This document shows positions 15,314 through 37,114 of a stretch of DNA of 64,000 nt, one piece after another. Below the pieces are notes generated by a model, which searched no databases, had not been told where the DNA came from, and worked only from the letters and a program-made list of their open reading frames with translations. A program made the translations under genes and the position numbers. Each line of letters begins with the position of its first letter. Within the stretch, counting starts at the first letter, position 1. This DNA is from the human T2T-CHM13v2.0 reference genome, Homo sapiens, in the NCBI RefSeq assembly GCF_009914755.1, contig NC_060929.1. One strand, written 5' to 3'.

Positions 15314-16274
15314 AACCATATTGTGGTCATTTAGGTACTTGCAAGATAAAATAAAATAGATTATTTTGAAAAAAATCCTCTATAGAAGTAGGAAAACAAA
15401 AGGATTCCTCTGGAATTTAAGCTCCCCAAGGATGGAGAATTTTGTCTATTTTCTTCACTGTTGTATTCCCAATACCAAGAATGATACCTGGCATATAATA
15501 GGTACTTGGTAAATAAATAATAAATGAATAGCAATTTCTTCTTTTGCTTTTGATCAACCAGAAGCCCATGATTCCAAATATTCCACTTAACTGAAATTTT
15601 ACAAAAGAAGAAGGCAACCTGGCAGATACAGTATTCAGTGAATCAACAGATAACTTTCTTTAGGGGCATAAAAATTATATTCTACAATTTAAAATGGAGT
15701 TTTAATGTTAAAAAGGGAAACCAGAGAGACACTGCTATGGATAAATGCACCTCAGCCCCTTTTTAAAATTCAGCTTTTAATTTAAAAAAGGTCAGCTGTA
15801 GTCTGGAAACACATGTGATAATAACATGAAGAGTTATGAAGGAAAGGGAAAATCAATTCCAACATTACCTAAACAAACAAACAAAATGCCATATGACATG
15901 CATCTGAAGGAATTAACTGAATTCATCTTGGCTCCTCCCACTGTCTTAAAGCACTCACCAAGTCTGCCAAAGTAATTAACATCCTACACTGGCATAACGT
16001 TGAACCCATGCATTCGTTCTCTCTCTTACTCTGTCACTCTGCATTTCTAATAAAACATTCTGCTAGAAATGATGAAACTATTGGTCTAATTCTCATATCT
16101 GAAAAAACGCTTTTGGTTGTGGTTACCAACTTGAAAAAAATACAGAAAAATAGGAAAGACAAAACAAAAATCAAGATTGAAAGAAAGAATAAACATTTTA
16201 AGTCACCTAATTTATATTATAAAGATTATTTTTGAAATGTCAAGCCTAATGGAATATTGAAATATAAGCTTTTT

Positions 16275-17490
16275 CAATGGGGAAAAGACTCCCTGGTCAA
16301 TAAATGATGCTGAGATAAGTGGCTAGCTATAAGTAGAAGAATGAAACTGTCCCCTTACTTATCACCATATACAAAAATTAACTCAAGATGGATTGAAGCC
16401 TTAAGTAGAAGACCCACAGCTATAAAAATCCTAGTAGAAAACCTAGGAAATACTCTTCTGAACATTGGCCTTGGAAAAGAATACATGACTAAGTCCTCAA
16501 AAGCAATTGCAACAAAAATAAAAATTGACAAGTGGGACCTAATTAAACAAAAGAGCTGCTGCACAGCAAAAGAAACTATCAACTGAGTAAACAGACAGCC
16601 TACAGAATGGGAGAAAATATTCACAAACTATGCATCCAACAATGGTGTAATATCCACAATCTATAAGGAGCTTAAATCAGTGAGCAAAAAACAAATAACT
16701 TCATTAAATAATGGGCAAAGGACATGAACAGACACTTCTCAAAAGAAGACACGCAAGTGGCCAACAAACATGAAAAAATGCTCAACATCACTAATCATCA
16801 GAGAAATGCAAATCAAAACCACAGTGAGGTACCATCTCACACTAGTCAGAATGGTTATTGTTAAAACGTCAAAAAATAACATTTGTCAGTGAGGCTGTGG
16901 AGAAAGGGGAATGCTTGTGCACTGTTGGTGGGAATGTAAATTAGTTCAGCCACTGTGGAAAGCAGTTTGGAGATTTCTCAAAGAACTAAACATGGAACTA
17001 TTCGACCCAGCAATCCTATTACTGGGTATATACCCAAAGGAATATAAATCATTCTACCAAAAAGACACGTGCACTTGTATGCTAATCACAGCACTATTCA
17101 CAATAGCAAAGACATGGAATCAACCTAGGTACTCATCAGTGATGGATTGGATAAAGAAAATGTACATATATACCATGGAATACCATGCAGCCATAAAACA
17201 GAATGAAATCATGTCCTTTGCAGCAACATGAATGTAGCCAGAGGCCATTAACCCAAGTGAATTAACACAAGAACAGAAAACCAAATACCACATGTTCTCA
17301 CTTATAAGTAGGAGCTAAACAATGGGTACACATGCACATAAAGATGGCAACGATAGACACTTGGGAGCTACTACATGGGAGAGGGAGGAAGGAGATCAAA
17401 GGTTGAAAAATTATTGGGTACTATGTTCACTATCTGGGTCATGGGTTCAATTGTATCCCAAAACTCAGCATCACGCAATATACCCATGTA
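16275..17490 (+). mobile_element. L1 3' fragment (L1PB/L1MA-like), ORF2 C-terminus plus 3'UTR, no poly(A)
   Basis: ORFs 16341-16586 and 16911-17231 are L1 ORF2 C-terminal peptides (HCWWECKLVQPLWK). Confidence 0.92.
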
Positions 17491-17612
17491 AGCTTTTTTG
17501 TAAAACTAGGATTTCCAATAAGCAACTTTCTCAATATTCTTTATTTTGAAACCTATTTCAATTTATTTTGAAGTCTATTTTAACCCTGGGAATTAGTATT
17601 TGTAGTCTTGAA

Positions 17613-17810
17613 CTGTACTGTTCAATATGGCAGCCACTAGTCACAGGTGGCTGTTTAAGTTTACATTTAAATTAATTAAAATGAAATATAATTAAAAATT
17701 CAGTTCCTCAGTTGTACTAGATCAACAGCCACATTTCAGATGCTCAGGAGCCACACTGGACAGCACAAGTATAGAATATGTTTTGTTCATCACAGAAAGT
17801 TCTAACACTG
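17613..17810. mobile_element. MER3/MER33-like hAT MITE
   Basis: ctgttcaatatggcagccactag...tggacagcac motifs. Confidence 0.65.
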
Positions 17811-17885
17811 GAAAAAATAAAATAGTCTACAATATCTTCAAATAGCTTCAGGCAATAGTATCAGTTAAGGAAGGAGATTATTTAA

Positions 17886-18224
<339 letters not shown>

Positions 18225-18800
18225 TTACCAAGTTATTATTCTAAGTAAATAAGGAAAATAGAAGCTTTTTTCCCCTCAGAACATAAAAACACTATTATAA
18301 ATTTGTTAGTATTTTGCAGCTGATTTTCTAATTTTGGATTCATTTCTACTTATGGAACATATAAAAACTACTCACTTTTTGATTAAGGAAATCAGATTCA
18401 AATTCATGTCCAAATCACCATCCCCTTATGAAAACATTTTGGTTGAAAGATTTATAGGACTTCTGGGGCAAGCAGAAGGGTAAGGATGTTTCCTAGAGAA
18501 AGCACCAGCTTTGCCTTCTTAGATTTGAGTTACTGCAATACTAATTCCTTCTGATGTTTGGCCTGAACTTTCTAAGAGGTCACAGAAATAATGAATAGCT
18601 AAGATCATTCACTGACATGATAGTTTCCCCTTTCCAGGTGAAACGTCAAGAATGACTAAAAGCCAACATTCAAGAAGACAGCATCTGCAAACAAGTGAAG
18701 TATTATGTTTACATGTTTTTTTAACAGCTTTTTATTCTATAGTTCTTTTACATGTGACTGTTTCCTAATATTCTTACTCTTTATTGTTTTGGCCCTCTCC

Positions 18801-19109
18801 TTTTTTACTTTTTTTTTTTTTTTTTTTAAGATGGAGTCTTACTGTGTCGCCCAGGCTGGAGTGCAGTGGTGCGATCTTGGCTCACTGAAACCTTCCCCTC
18901 CCGGGTTCAAGTGATTCTCCCGCCTCAGCCTCCCGAGTAGCTGGAATTGCAGGCGCCCGCCACTATGCCCAGCTAATTTTTGTACTTTTAGTAGAGACAG
19001 GGTTTCACCATAATGGCCAGGCTGGTCTCAAACTTCTGACCTCAGGTCATCTGCCTTCCTCGGCCTCCCAAAGTGCTGGGATTACAAGCGTGAGTCACCG
19101 CGCATGGCC
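18801..19109 (-). mobile_element. AluS
   Basis: Reverse Alu; TSD tgttttggc(c/t)ctctc. Confidence 0.92.
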
Positions 19110-20545
19110 TGTTTTGGCTCTCTCTTAATTTGATGTTTCCTATTGACACTGTAGTGAAAGAAAATACTTTAATGTATTTCCCCCTTGGATTATTTCTTTA
19201 AATCAGTAAATTAACATTTGGTATTAAGCAAGACTCAGCCTATCTTCACAATGATTTGTAAAAACTTCTCAAAAGCAGTCTCTGCCATTCTTGGGGAAAA
19301 ATACTCATTCAGAGGCTATACAAAGTATTTTAGATATATTTTTTCATTTAATTCTCACAATAGCAGATCTTATTTTCATTTTACAGGGTCTATCAGTGCC
19401 TTGTAAAAGGAAATCTGTCCCAAATTCCTGGCACCATACTTGGTACACAGCAGGTACTTAAACAGCTTGGTGGATGAATGAATGAACAAAGAGCACCTTT
19501 TTGTTAATCTCAGTGACAGATGTAGAATCTTACAGTGAGCACTCAGTAAATCCTCACTAATTGAATATTCTAGCAATAATGGTCAGTATGACAAATGAGT
19601 AAGTGGCTCTTAATATATCAGTGTCCTTCCAAAAATCCCACTAAAGCTAAGCAATGGACCCCAGATCCAAACATTATGTAAGGCAGTCATGTCTGAAAGA
19701 TATAGAAAGAGGGAATACTTGGAAGAGGCCTAATACATAGGTTTTGGGGCAATAAAATTATTTGGGAAGTGAACCACTTTTTAAAAATTTATTTCTAAGT
19801 GTATTTTAATAATACTTCCAGAATAGTTATTCCTTCAGATCATTTCAGGTCACACTTTTTATGGGAAAATTACACACTTAACACCATTATTATAAAAAGA
19901 CAATTGCACCCAATTTCTTTCACCAGGGTAAAAAGATGTATATTACAACATGTATTTAATATATAAAAGATTCACAGTGTACTGTGAATGATAAACTTAC
20001 AATTATGTTTATTTTTTCCATTGTAAAAAAGGAGTAAAGGTAGAAGATAAAGCAAAATTTTTCACTAAGTGCTACTCAATAGAATAACCAAGTCTAAGCA
20101 ATGTTTTAGGCTAGGATCCAAAGGTGTACTTGACCCCTGGCTCTTTAAATTGAAGTGGCCCATCCACAGAGCCTGCTACCAGCCTTCTCAATCCTCTGTC
20201 CCTTGGTCCCATTGTCTTTCTCATTTAGCAGCCTTCTCAGTATTTCTTGCTTCCCACATCATTTGAACCTGTATGTCTGACCTCCGAACCTCCAGACTCT
20301 GCTCACACAGTTAGGGACTGTTGCATTCATACTGAGAATAGATGTTCCCAATGTTTATTTTGGCTCCTTGGGTCTTACCTTGGCCTGGACAGAAACCTAA
20401 ACCTTTCCCTGAGGCTGAGACTGTGACATGTGCAAATTTCCCCAGGTTTTCTTATTTTTATATATATATATATTCTCCTCTAGAAGTTAAAAACTTTATT
20501 TTTGTATTTTTAAAATTTTACATATTTTTAAAATTATTATTACTA

Positions 20546-21139
<594 letters not shown>

Positions 21140-22498
21140 TACCAAAAAATTTTTAAAACACTCAGCACATGGAGGATTTTTTTTAATTTCAAAGTGACCA
21201 CAATAAAGTTCTCCTAAATATCTTCCAAACTACTTTAGTTTTAGAAAATGGCATTAACGCAAAAATAATATGGGTGAAATGCTACTTTACACTTTTTTAA
21301 GGGTTAAAAAATGCAAATTGTTTTCATGTATAATATTCTGTCTTATTCTACTGACTCTCTCAGATTATAATCAAAATATTATAGCACAAGAAGCAAATGA
21401 GGGCTTGTAGTCTGATTACAGAAAGGAGAAGGAGGAGATTTAATGCAGCATAGGCAGCAGCCTCAGGCAAGAAATGTTGTCATTGTGTCTCACATCCTCA
21501 AGTATTACATGAAGATATCGCCCAGGCTGGAGGGCAGTGGTGCGATCATAGTTCACTGCAGCCTTGAACTCCAGGGTTCAAGTGATCCTTCTGCCTCAGC
21601 CTTCACACGCAGATAATTTGTTTAAAAATTTATTGTAGAGACAGGTCAATTTTTAATATTAGATTCAATGCTGCCAAATTGCTATAAAAGATTTGAACAC
21701 TTTTATGCTTTCAGTGTTCAAAGACTTTCATAGCAATTTGGCAGCATCTTGTACTTACCTTGCTGCAGATTGGCAAGAAAAGACTAGTCTGTGGCCCACT
21801 CTGAGTAGCACTGTTCTAGATGTCATGAATATGGCTAAAACTATCCCTTACCTTATAGATTAGAGACCAGTGTGGGAAGGAATGGCACAGAACAGCAACA
21901 ATGCCAGTATTAGCCATGGTAGCTTGCCATCATTGTTTACTTTGACGTACCATTCTAAGGAAAGTAAGTGCACACTGTAAGAACATTTAAGTCTATTTCA
22001 GTATTCGTAAACACTGTACTGGGGAAACAACTCATAGTAATGCCATCAACGTTTTATATTTAAAATATACCTAAGTTAAAGTTAAATCCCAGAAATAAAA
22101 AATCCTTCAACTAACCACAATCACATATTTAAATGAGTACTGTGAACTAGGTGTTCTACGTAATTAAACAAAAGGGGCTCTTCATGTTTCAGAAATTTGT
22201 AGTACAAATCATATCACAGATTATAAAGCATTCATCACAAGGAAGGAGCTTCTTCTGGTTTGGCCTGGATCTGTAGTGTTACAATAGTGGCTGAGAGAGA
22301 GGTGGTAAAGTTCCAGCCGGAGTAATAACAAGCTGTTTGGACAAGAAGGAGAGAAGAGGAAGGTGGGAAATGAAGGAGGAAAGGAAGCAGCAGAGGGAGC
22401 GAGCTGTAAGCCCCCAGCGGGATTGCCATCAGGGAGCCAGACCCAGGGGTGAGAATGTGAGGTCCAGTTAGTGGAGCGGCTCAATGGTAAAGTGATAG

Positions 22499-22853
<355 letters not shown>

Positions 22854-24193
22854 AGTTTGTTTCTTTATTTGAGGGTGAGAAGATCCCCTCCTATAATTTT
22901 GAAGTCAAGGAAACCTCTCTAATGTTTCTTTGCACTGCCAAAATTCACAGCTCTGAAACATCAACACTTCCCTTATTTCCCTCATCTATGAGGAAACACA
23001 TAGAGAAATAAGTCTGTTTTCTTAAAAGCAATGCCCTCAAATGGCTGTAAAAGAATACAGTGGCCAGGATTGTGGGAAAATGAGTCCTGGTCACAGACAG
23101 AAAGTCACCAATGTAACACTGTGGCCAAGTTCAGAAAAAACACCCACCAGTGACAAAGGCCAGATCTAGGATATAAAAGCAAAGGTCACTCTCACAGCCT
23201 GCTGCAACATTCACTGCAGTTTGGCAGTCTTTGTCAAAATCAAAATTGTACTTGCTTTTCTTTTGGTTCAGCGATTCCATTTCTAGAAATGTATCCTAGG
23301 GATATGTTGATGACTGAACAGAGTTATTCAATGCAGCACTATTTATATTAGCAGAAGACTGGAAATCATCTAAATATCCACTGATGGAGGCCTGGTAAAT
23401 AAATTATGCTCCATCTATACAACGCCATGAATACTAAACAGTCTTCCAAAATAACAAAGCAGCTCTGTATAATGGTGGCACAACATCCAAAATCAATCAA
23501 GTTAAAAAAAAAAGGCAGGTGCAGATCAGTGCGTGTCATACAATGATACATACAAAAGTAGTAGTAAAATATGTATCTGCAGGACTTGATGTGCACAGAC
23601 TACATCTGGAAGGAGACCTACGGAGCTGTTACCAGTGACTGACTGTAAAAAGAGGACCATGTCTGGAGGACAGAGATGGGACAGAAGCCTACTCTGCCAC
23701 TAACCTTTTTGAACACATTTGAATTTTTATTCATATGTATGTTTAAGGCATTTTTTAAAAAGCTACATACCAGCTCTATAGTGGCAGTCAGCATCCTGAT
23801 ATCTAAAAAGCAATGTTAGAGAAAAATAAGCCAAGGAACTTAGCTTTGGCATCCAGTGCCCTGCCAAGAAGAAAACCAAATGCCTCCTTACAGTAGATCA
23901 GCTTACAGGTTATTCCAGTTATTATCCTGTCAAGATATTTTAGTAGCTTGCAATTTACACTTGGCCTTGACAGTAGTTCCCTTCAGTTGTCCAAAGTGTA
24001 TCAGTTAATCTTCTGCAGGTGACTTATGTAATAAGAGCATCAGTATATAAGATATTTAAGCAGGATTTAATTACCTGGTAGTTGGAGAGAATTTGAATTC
24101 TTTTCACTCTCCAAATTTTGTAAAGATAAAAAAGGTATTAAAATCTGCCAGGCAAGGTGGTTTGGTAGGAAAAAACAGATGAAATATGCTGTG

Positions 24194-24518
24194 GGCCAGG
24201 TGTGGTGGCTTATGCCTGTAATCCCAGCACTTTGGGAGGCAGAGGCAGGAGGATTTCTTGATGCCAGGAGTTCAAGACTAGCCTGGGCAACATAGGGAGA
24301 CATCCGCCCCCCAACCCCGATCTCTACAATTTTCTTTTTAAAAATTAGCCAGGCGTGGTGGCATGTGCCTGTAGTCCTAGCTACTTAGAAAGCTAAGGTG
24401 GGAAGATCCTTTGAGCTCAGGACTGCGAGCCTGCAGTGAGCCATGATGGCACCACTGCACTCCAGCCTAGGTGATGAGCGAGACCCTATCTCAAAAAAAA
24501 AAGAAAAAAGAAAAAAAA
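24194..24518 (+). mobile_element. Alu (AluJ-like)
   Basis: Alu dimer with A-rich tail. Confidence 0.9.
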
Positions 24519-26320
24519 GTTGTAGTTTTGTACCGTAAAAATACTTATTAATATTATTTCAAGTATTTAGCATATGTTTACACGACTACATTTTCCTTTT
24601 GAGCATCACTCTAAGATTTTCAATGCAAAGCATTATTTTCCTCCTGATGATCAGAAAATCAAAATGCTCTCTCTACTCCATCCCCCTTCTAAATAATTAT
24701 GTCTCAAAAGCGGCACAATTCAAGGGCTAATTACTTCCAACCAATATATAAATTAAAAGTTCACAGGTTCATCTTAGAAATAACAACTGAGAAAGAACAT
24801 TCAAACTTGTTAAAAGCCTTACTTCTTGCCTGCACTATTGAATGTGCAATTTGTTCATCCTGAGAAATTATGATGAAGTTAAACACAAACAGCACTAAGT
24901 TAATTACAAACAAATCTTCTTCTCTGTAATTTACATTCTAGAATCCAGCTTTACACCATTTTATTTCCTTCCAGCTGAAGGAAAGACATTGCTAGCTTAA
25001 GATTGTCTTGGATGAGATCTCTGATTTTAATAAAAAATTAAGGCAGTCACAAATTCACTTATGCCATCGAATAATAATTCTAGTCCCATTGGAGAGTTAT
25101 CTAAAATGACCCAAATCAGCCACATTTCTGTTGGCATATAATTAACTCCTGCCCGTATAAACGTAACGCAGATTCTCCTCCAGGTGAAACTGTCCTGGTC
25201 CTCTGCCCTCTCCACTGAACCAGCAATAAAAAGAGTTCTCTATAATCCTATTTGTAGTCTACATCTATACTCACTAGTGAAAGTATAATTAAACCATCTT
25301 TTTTTTCAAATCGATCTAAATATAGCTGGCTATTCATTCAGAATAATATTTGAAAAACACTTTTCACTTATAGAAAAGCAAATGAGGAACAAACTAAGAA
25401 GTAAAAGATAATGTTTACGTTTGAGGCTTTAAAGTTACACGCACCTTACAAAGAGAATTTAGAGTCACTGATATCCTACCAGCAGGTTCAACCAGAAGTC
25501 CTGCATGCAGAGAACCTCAGTGAGGTTTGCGTGGATCTCCAAGAAGAGATTTCAAAGGTGGGAGCAAGTGCCATCCTTAGGCCTGCCTTAAAGGTTCTAC
25601 ACCCCTTGAGCCTGGCCCATCTGGCTCAATATCAATTGTAGCAGAATAGATAAGTAAATAACTATTTATATACTTAGTGAGAACAGATGCAGCCCCTAAA
25701 TATAAATTTGGAAATCCTGGGCAACATAAGAAGTGCTTATAATAAACTGCTTAAGATAAAAAGGCAGAAAAAAAATTGTTATCTACAGTGCTTATAACTC
25801 TAGAGTAAGTTAAAATAATTATTATTTATTGGACACATACTTTGTGCTCAGCAATTGACATAATCCTCTTAATAAACATGCAAAGAGGTTAAGTAACTTG
25901 CCAGCTATAAAGCAGTTGAGCTGAGACTGAGTTCAAAATCTACCTGATCTCAAAGGACCGACAGGAAATGTTAAAAAATGAAAACACTTTAAGGAGAAAC
26001 TGGGTGGTAAGTGTATTATGGCATTAGGCAGAGTGGAAAGCATTCTTTATGCTCAGATAGGGTGAAATCCTACCTTTGCTATTTTCTAGATGTATGACTG
26101 AACCTCTCTCAGTCTCTACAACTGCATCTGCAAAAACTGCAAAAACTGGGACCATTTCCTATTCAGGATAATATCTGAGCAAGTGGTGAGCCAGTGCCTC
26201 CCCTACAGCAGGCTCCACAGTACTGCTCCTGTACTCACTCCACCAAGCATCACCTGGTTAAATAATTTTAGACTTGCAAGTTATCTCTGCATTCATTTGG
26301 TTAAACTCCCTCATTTTTAA

Positions 26321-26566
26321 AAATTTTTATTTTGCTTTGAGTCCTGGAATACATGTGCAGAATGTGCAGGTTTGTTACATAGGTATACGTGTGCCATGGG
26401 GGTTTGCTGCACCTATCAACCTGTCACCTATATTTTAAGCCCCGCATACATTAGCTATTTGTCCTGATGCTCTCCCTTCCCTCGCACCTCTCCCATCCCA
26501 GGAGCCCCTGTGTGTGTTGTTCCCTCTCTGTGTCCACGTGTTTGCATTGTTCAACTCCCACTTACG
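26321..26566 (-). mobile_element. Short 5'-truncated L1PA 3' end with 19-bp TSD
   Basis: L1 3'UTR sequence; TAAACTCCCTCATTTTTAA at 26302-26320 and 26567-26585. Confidence 0.9.
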
Positions 26567-27239
26567 TAAACTCCCTCATTTTTAAGAGTAGGAATCTTGA
26601 AATGAAAACTTAGCCCAGACACTGAGTTACTGGCTAGTTAGTGCCAAAACTAGGACTAGAATTTAGGTCTCCTAACTTCTTTCCACCTCATTAAGAGGCC
26701 TAGTTAGAAGAAGGGAACAGAGGAAAAGCAAAGGGAGATACATTAACACAATCTCCTGATATAACCCCAGCAAACAACCTCAAATCATCTGAAAGGTAGA
26801 TATCTTTCATACAACCTGGACAGATAAGGTTCCTCATCTCACTTCAAACACTTTAATTAGTTGGTTTCTCAAAGTACAAGTTGTACCCCTTAGGTCTAAG
26901 ATAGAGGAAGGCAAACTTCTGGAGCAACAAAAATAAACTTAACATATATAGTTTTGCCCTGTGTCTCAGTTTTCCTGAATTCTATCTCTGGCATACACAT
27001 GACACTAATTTCCATGTTTGTTCTATTTTCAAAAGAAAAAAGAGGGAAGGGAAAGATGTTCTGGGATCAAATACGAGATCTTTTTCTTGGAGATACAACA
27101 TGTACTGTATTATATTAAACACTACAAACTTTAAAGGAAACTTGTTAAATTCTTTTCAGCCCAATCTTTACCTGACAATGAATTATCCTCACTGGCCTGT
27201 TGAGTGTGAAACAAATGCTCCACAGAATATACCTAGCGC

Positions 27240-27402
27240 TGAGGTTCTTAAAATGTAGTCGTGAGACCAGCAGCATCAGCATGACCTGGGAACTGGTTAG
27301 AAATATGAGCTCTCAGGTCCAAACCCAGACCTACTGAATGAGACTCCTGAAGTGTTTCCCAAGTTCTCCAGGGTTTCGATTAGAGCTAAAGGTTGATAAC
27401 CA
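27240..27402. mobile_element. MER5A-like hAT MITE
   Basis: gaccagcagcatcagcatgacctgggaact...cccagacctactgaat motifs. Confidence 0.7.
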
Positions 27403-28041
27403 CAAATGTAGACAAATCATCAAGGTGGTTTTATCATGAATATTGGTTGTTTTGGGGGTTCTCCTAGGGGTAGTGCTTTCAAACTGCTCCTTAGGACTGA
27501 GTAGAGCAAGGGAGCAGGAGATGGATGAACATGTACCAGGCTTCAGGGCAGATGGCCTAGCCTGTCCCTACCATGTTTGTCTGTTTCATATATAAGGCTA
27601 CAGACTAAGTAAGGCTTTATTTGAATGAAGCTTTCACAGCTTAAACAAAAGTTTGAAACTCACTGTTTAGAGATTTTAAGCAGCTTAGGACGTGGATCAA
27701 TTTTAGTGCCTGCTAAAGAGTAATAAATGCCAATTTATCAGTCAGAGGATCCTTTGGTGCCTTTAGGCTGGAATAGAAGGACCAGGGGCCCTGAAGCAAC
27801 ACAGAGATCGAGATTCCCACTGCATTACCCTATATTTGTCTTTCTCCTCTGCACTTAAAAATGTAAAATGCATATTAGCACTTGTCTGGAATGTGGCTAA
27901 CTATAAAAGACATTTCGGGAAATGTACTCTGATTTTCATTTCCAGACCTTCTTAACATAAATTGAAGTCTTATCACAAAAGCCCCATTCTCATAAACAAC
28001 AAAAACGCAACATCCACAGATTCTATTAATAACACTGTTAA

Positions 28042-28371
<330 letters not shown>

Positions 28372-29302
28372 TAATTCTTACCAATTAAGATTTAGTAATT
28401 TTAAAGAAAAATAAGAATCATGTACTCTCTCATTCCCACCCCACTCCAATACTAAGGGCAATTTATGCATCAGATAGTGAGGACAAGGATATTTAGTCTC
28501 TGTCCCTTCCTAGACTCGAGACTACGGTCTCACATTTTGTGGTCAAAAATAAAACATATGCTCACTATAAAATTTTATTTTAATATGGAAAATAGGAAAA
28601 GCAAAGAAAAATTATTTATAATCATATTTTCCATTAAAAACTTGTATATTCTTAAAGACACTGTTCCAGGGAAATATCTATATATTGATAGATACAGAAA
28701 TATAGTTCTACACTTATGTGTGTGGATCTGTCTATGTAACGGAATTTATTTCTCAAATGACATACCTATGTCTCTGTCTCCGTATAACTTCCCCCAACGG
28801 GATCTTGCTGAACATACTGTTTTATAACTAGTGTACTCCATGTAGCAAAAAATCATAAAAACCTTTCCGTGTTAAGAAATATGGTTCTGCGTATGGATAT
28901 GCTATACCTATACAAGGGATACCTTGTGGATATCCATTATGGATTTTTATATCCATTTAACATCATATTATGTTGTATCTATACAATGGATACAATGGAT
29001 ATCCACAAGGTATCCACTATATAGATATAACATAATATGATTTTAAAATTTATTTAATTGGTAACTTCCATCATGTATTTCTTATAAAAGTGCTGTGATA
29101 AACATTGTTGAACACTTGTCTGATCAATTCGGTAGGTTAAATTCTTAGAGTTCACGAGTCAAAAAAATTATTCTTGGCTGGGCGTGGTGGGTCATGTCTG
29201 TGATTCCAGGGCTTTGGAAGGCTGAGGTTTAAATATCTGACACTGCGGGATAGTAAAATGAATTGTGCTACATCTGCATAATGAATTATTATGCAACTCT
29301 TA

Positions 29303-34884
<5,582 letters not shown>

Positions 34885-34958
34885 TATGCAACTCTTAAAA
34901 AGAATAAGGTCCCGACTTTTCTGTATGCTTAAAAATGTTCATTTAAACAATGTTGGAG

Positions 34959-35125
34959 AGCTGGGTGTGCTGGCACACACCTGTAGTCTCATCTACTCAG
35001 GAGACTGAAACAGGAGGATTGCTTGAGCACAGGAGTTTGAGGTTGTAGTGTGCTATGATCACACCTGTGAATAGCCGCTGCACTCCAGCCTGGGCAACAA
35101 GAGATCCCATCTCTTAAAAAAAAAA
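34959..35125 (+). mobile_element. Fossil Alu monomer (FAM-like)
   Basis: Monomer with cctgtgaatagcc segment and poly(A). Confidence 0.75.
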
Positions 35126-35580
35126 GTGGCAGGGGGAGCAGGTGGCTAAATAACATGGCAGCTATATATGTATTGATATGGAAAAGTTTCTAATAATAAT
35201 TGTTATGTAAAAATGCAAGGTACAGAGTGTTTACAGTATATTCTACATACATATATATCTATACATAAATGCATGTATATGTATACACATACGCATGTTC
35301 ATGGACAACCATTAAAAGGGTCCATAAGAAACAGGTAATGGTAGATGCCCTTGGACAGTTAGATGAAGTGGCTAGAAAACAAAATAGCATGAGAGGAGAG
35401 AAATATACTTTCCATTTTAAATAATTTTTCATTCTGGAATTTTGTACCACATACATATATTACTTCTTCAATAATAAACAGATAAAATTGATATCTCATT
35501 TTATTTTACATTTTTGACAATTAAAATAAATCGTCAAATATAATGACAATTATTTTTGTCAACAATTTGCAAATTATTGA

Positions 35581-35954
<374 letters not shown>

Positions 35955-36345
35955 AGTGAATTGCTTTTTTATGCTCCTGCCTAATATATACCTTTCCAAA
36001 ATGCCTACAATTGTTTTAAAATCTACAGGCATTTTAGGAAAAGTCCCATACTTCATAAAGCAGAGCTGCTTGTTACTAAGCTACCAGTGGCCATGCTTTC
36101 ATTTCGGGAAATGCTGTTATGGCTTTAACCATTGTTGCCTAAGAGGTCAGTGATTTCCCTGTGCACCAGTGCAGCAAAGGAGGTCCACTGAGGCACCAAA
36201 TAGTTTCCCATTTGAAAAGCCACAACCATGACAAAACTTGGAAAGAACTTTTCATCTTGGAGTTCTAAAAGCCAATGACATTAAAGTGCATTTTTCTAGA
36301 TTTCTTATGCACAGGTGTAAGGGACAACATTAAAATATCATACAA

Positions 36346-36637
36346 GGCCAGGCACGCCTGTAATTCTAGCACTTTGGGAGGCCGAGGCAGGGGGATTGCT
36401 TGATGTCAGGAGTTTGAGACCAGCCTGGGCAACATGGTGAAACCCTGTCTCTACAAAAAATACAAAAATAAGCCAGGTATAGTGGTACACGCCTGTAGTC
36501 CTAGCTACTCAGGAGGCTGAGGTAGGAGGATCACTCACTTGAGTCCGGGAGATCAAGGCTACAGTGAGCTGAGATGGTGCTACTGCACTCCAGCCTGGGT
36601 GACAGAGTGAGACACTATTTCCAAAAAAAAAAAAAAG
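36346..36637 (+). mobile_element. Alu with small 5' internal deletion
   Basis: ggccaggcacgcctgtaa start; tcatacaa TSD core. Confidence 0.88.
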
Positions 36638-36914
36638 TCATACAAAAGTGAAAATAAGAAATAATTTTCCTAGTGTCACTTATAAAGGATATGAGACTTA
36701 AATACTACAGAATTTAGAAGGTGACTGCATACTGTTTGCAGTCATTTCCTCCCTCATGTCTTTTTTGGAGATACGCATCTAAAGCTACATGTTGGATTTG
36801 TCTAAGGCCTACTTCTTTTTTCCCTTCTATTTGATAGAGGCTTCAGGTATGATCTCAATTTTCAAATTCAGCAGCACAAACTCAAATCTAATGAACCCCG
36901 TTTAAATAGGGGTA

Positions 36915-37114
36915 CACGTTGTGCACATGTACCCTAAAACTTAAAAGCATAATAATAAAATAAAACAAAAATAAAAATAAAAAAGAAAGAAAAGAAAAAA
37001 AGGTGAAATATGTTATATGAATTATATCTCAATTGAAATAAAAAAATGAATTCATTCATTGTGCCAAAGTTTACCTAAATCTTATATTTAAGATTAAATA
37101 TAAGATTAAATATA
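36915..37114 (+). repeat. Dispersed ~200-bp copy of 38673-38867
   Basis: Near-identical sequence; flanked by GTTTAAATAG at 36900-36909 and 37120-37129. Confidence 0.9.
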
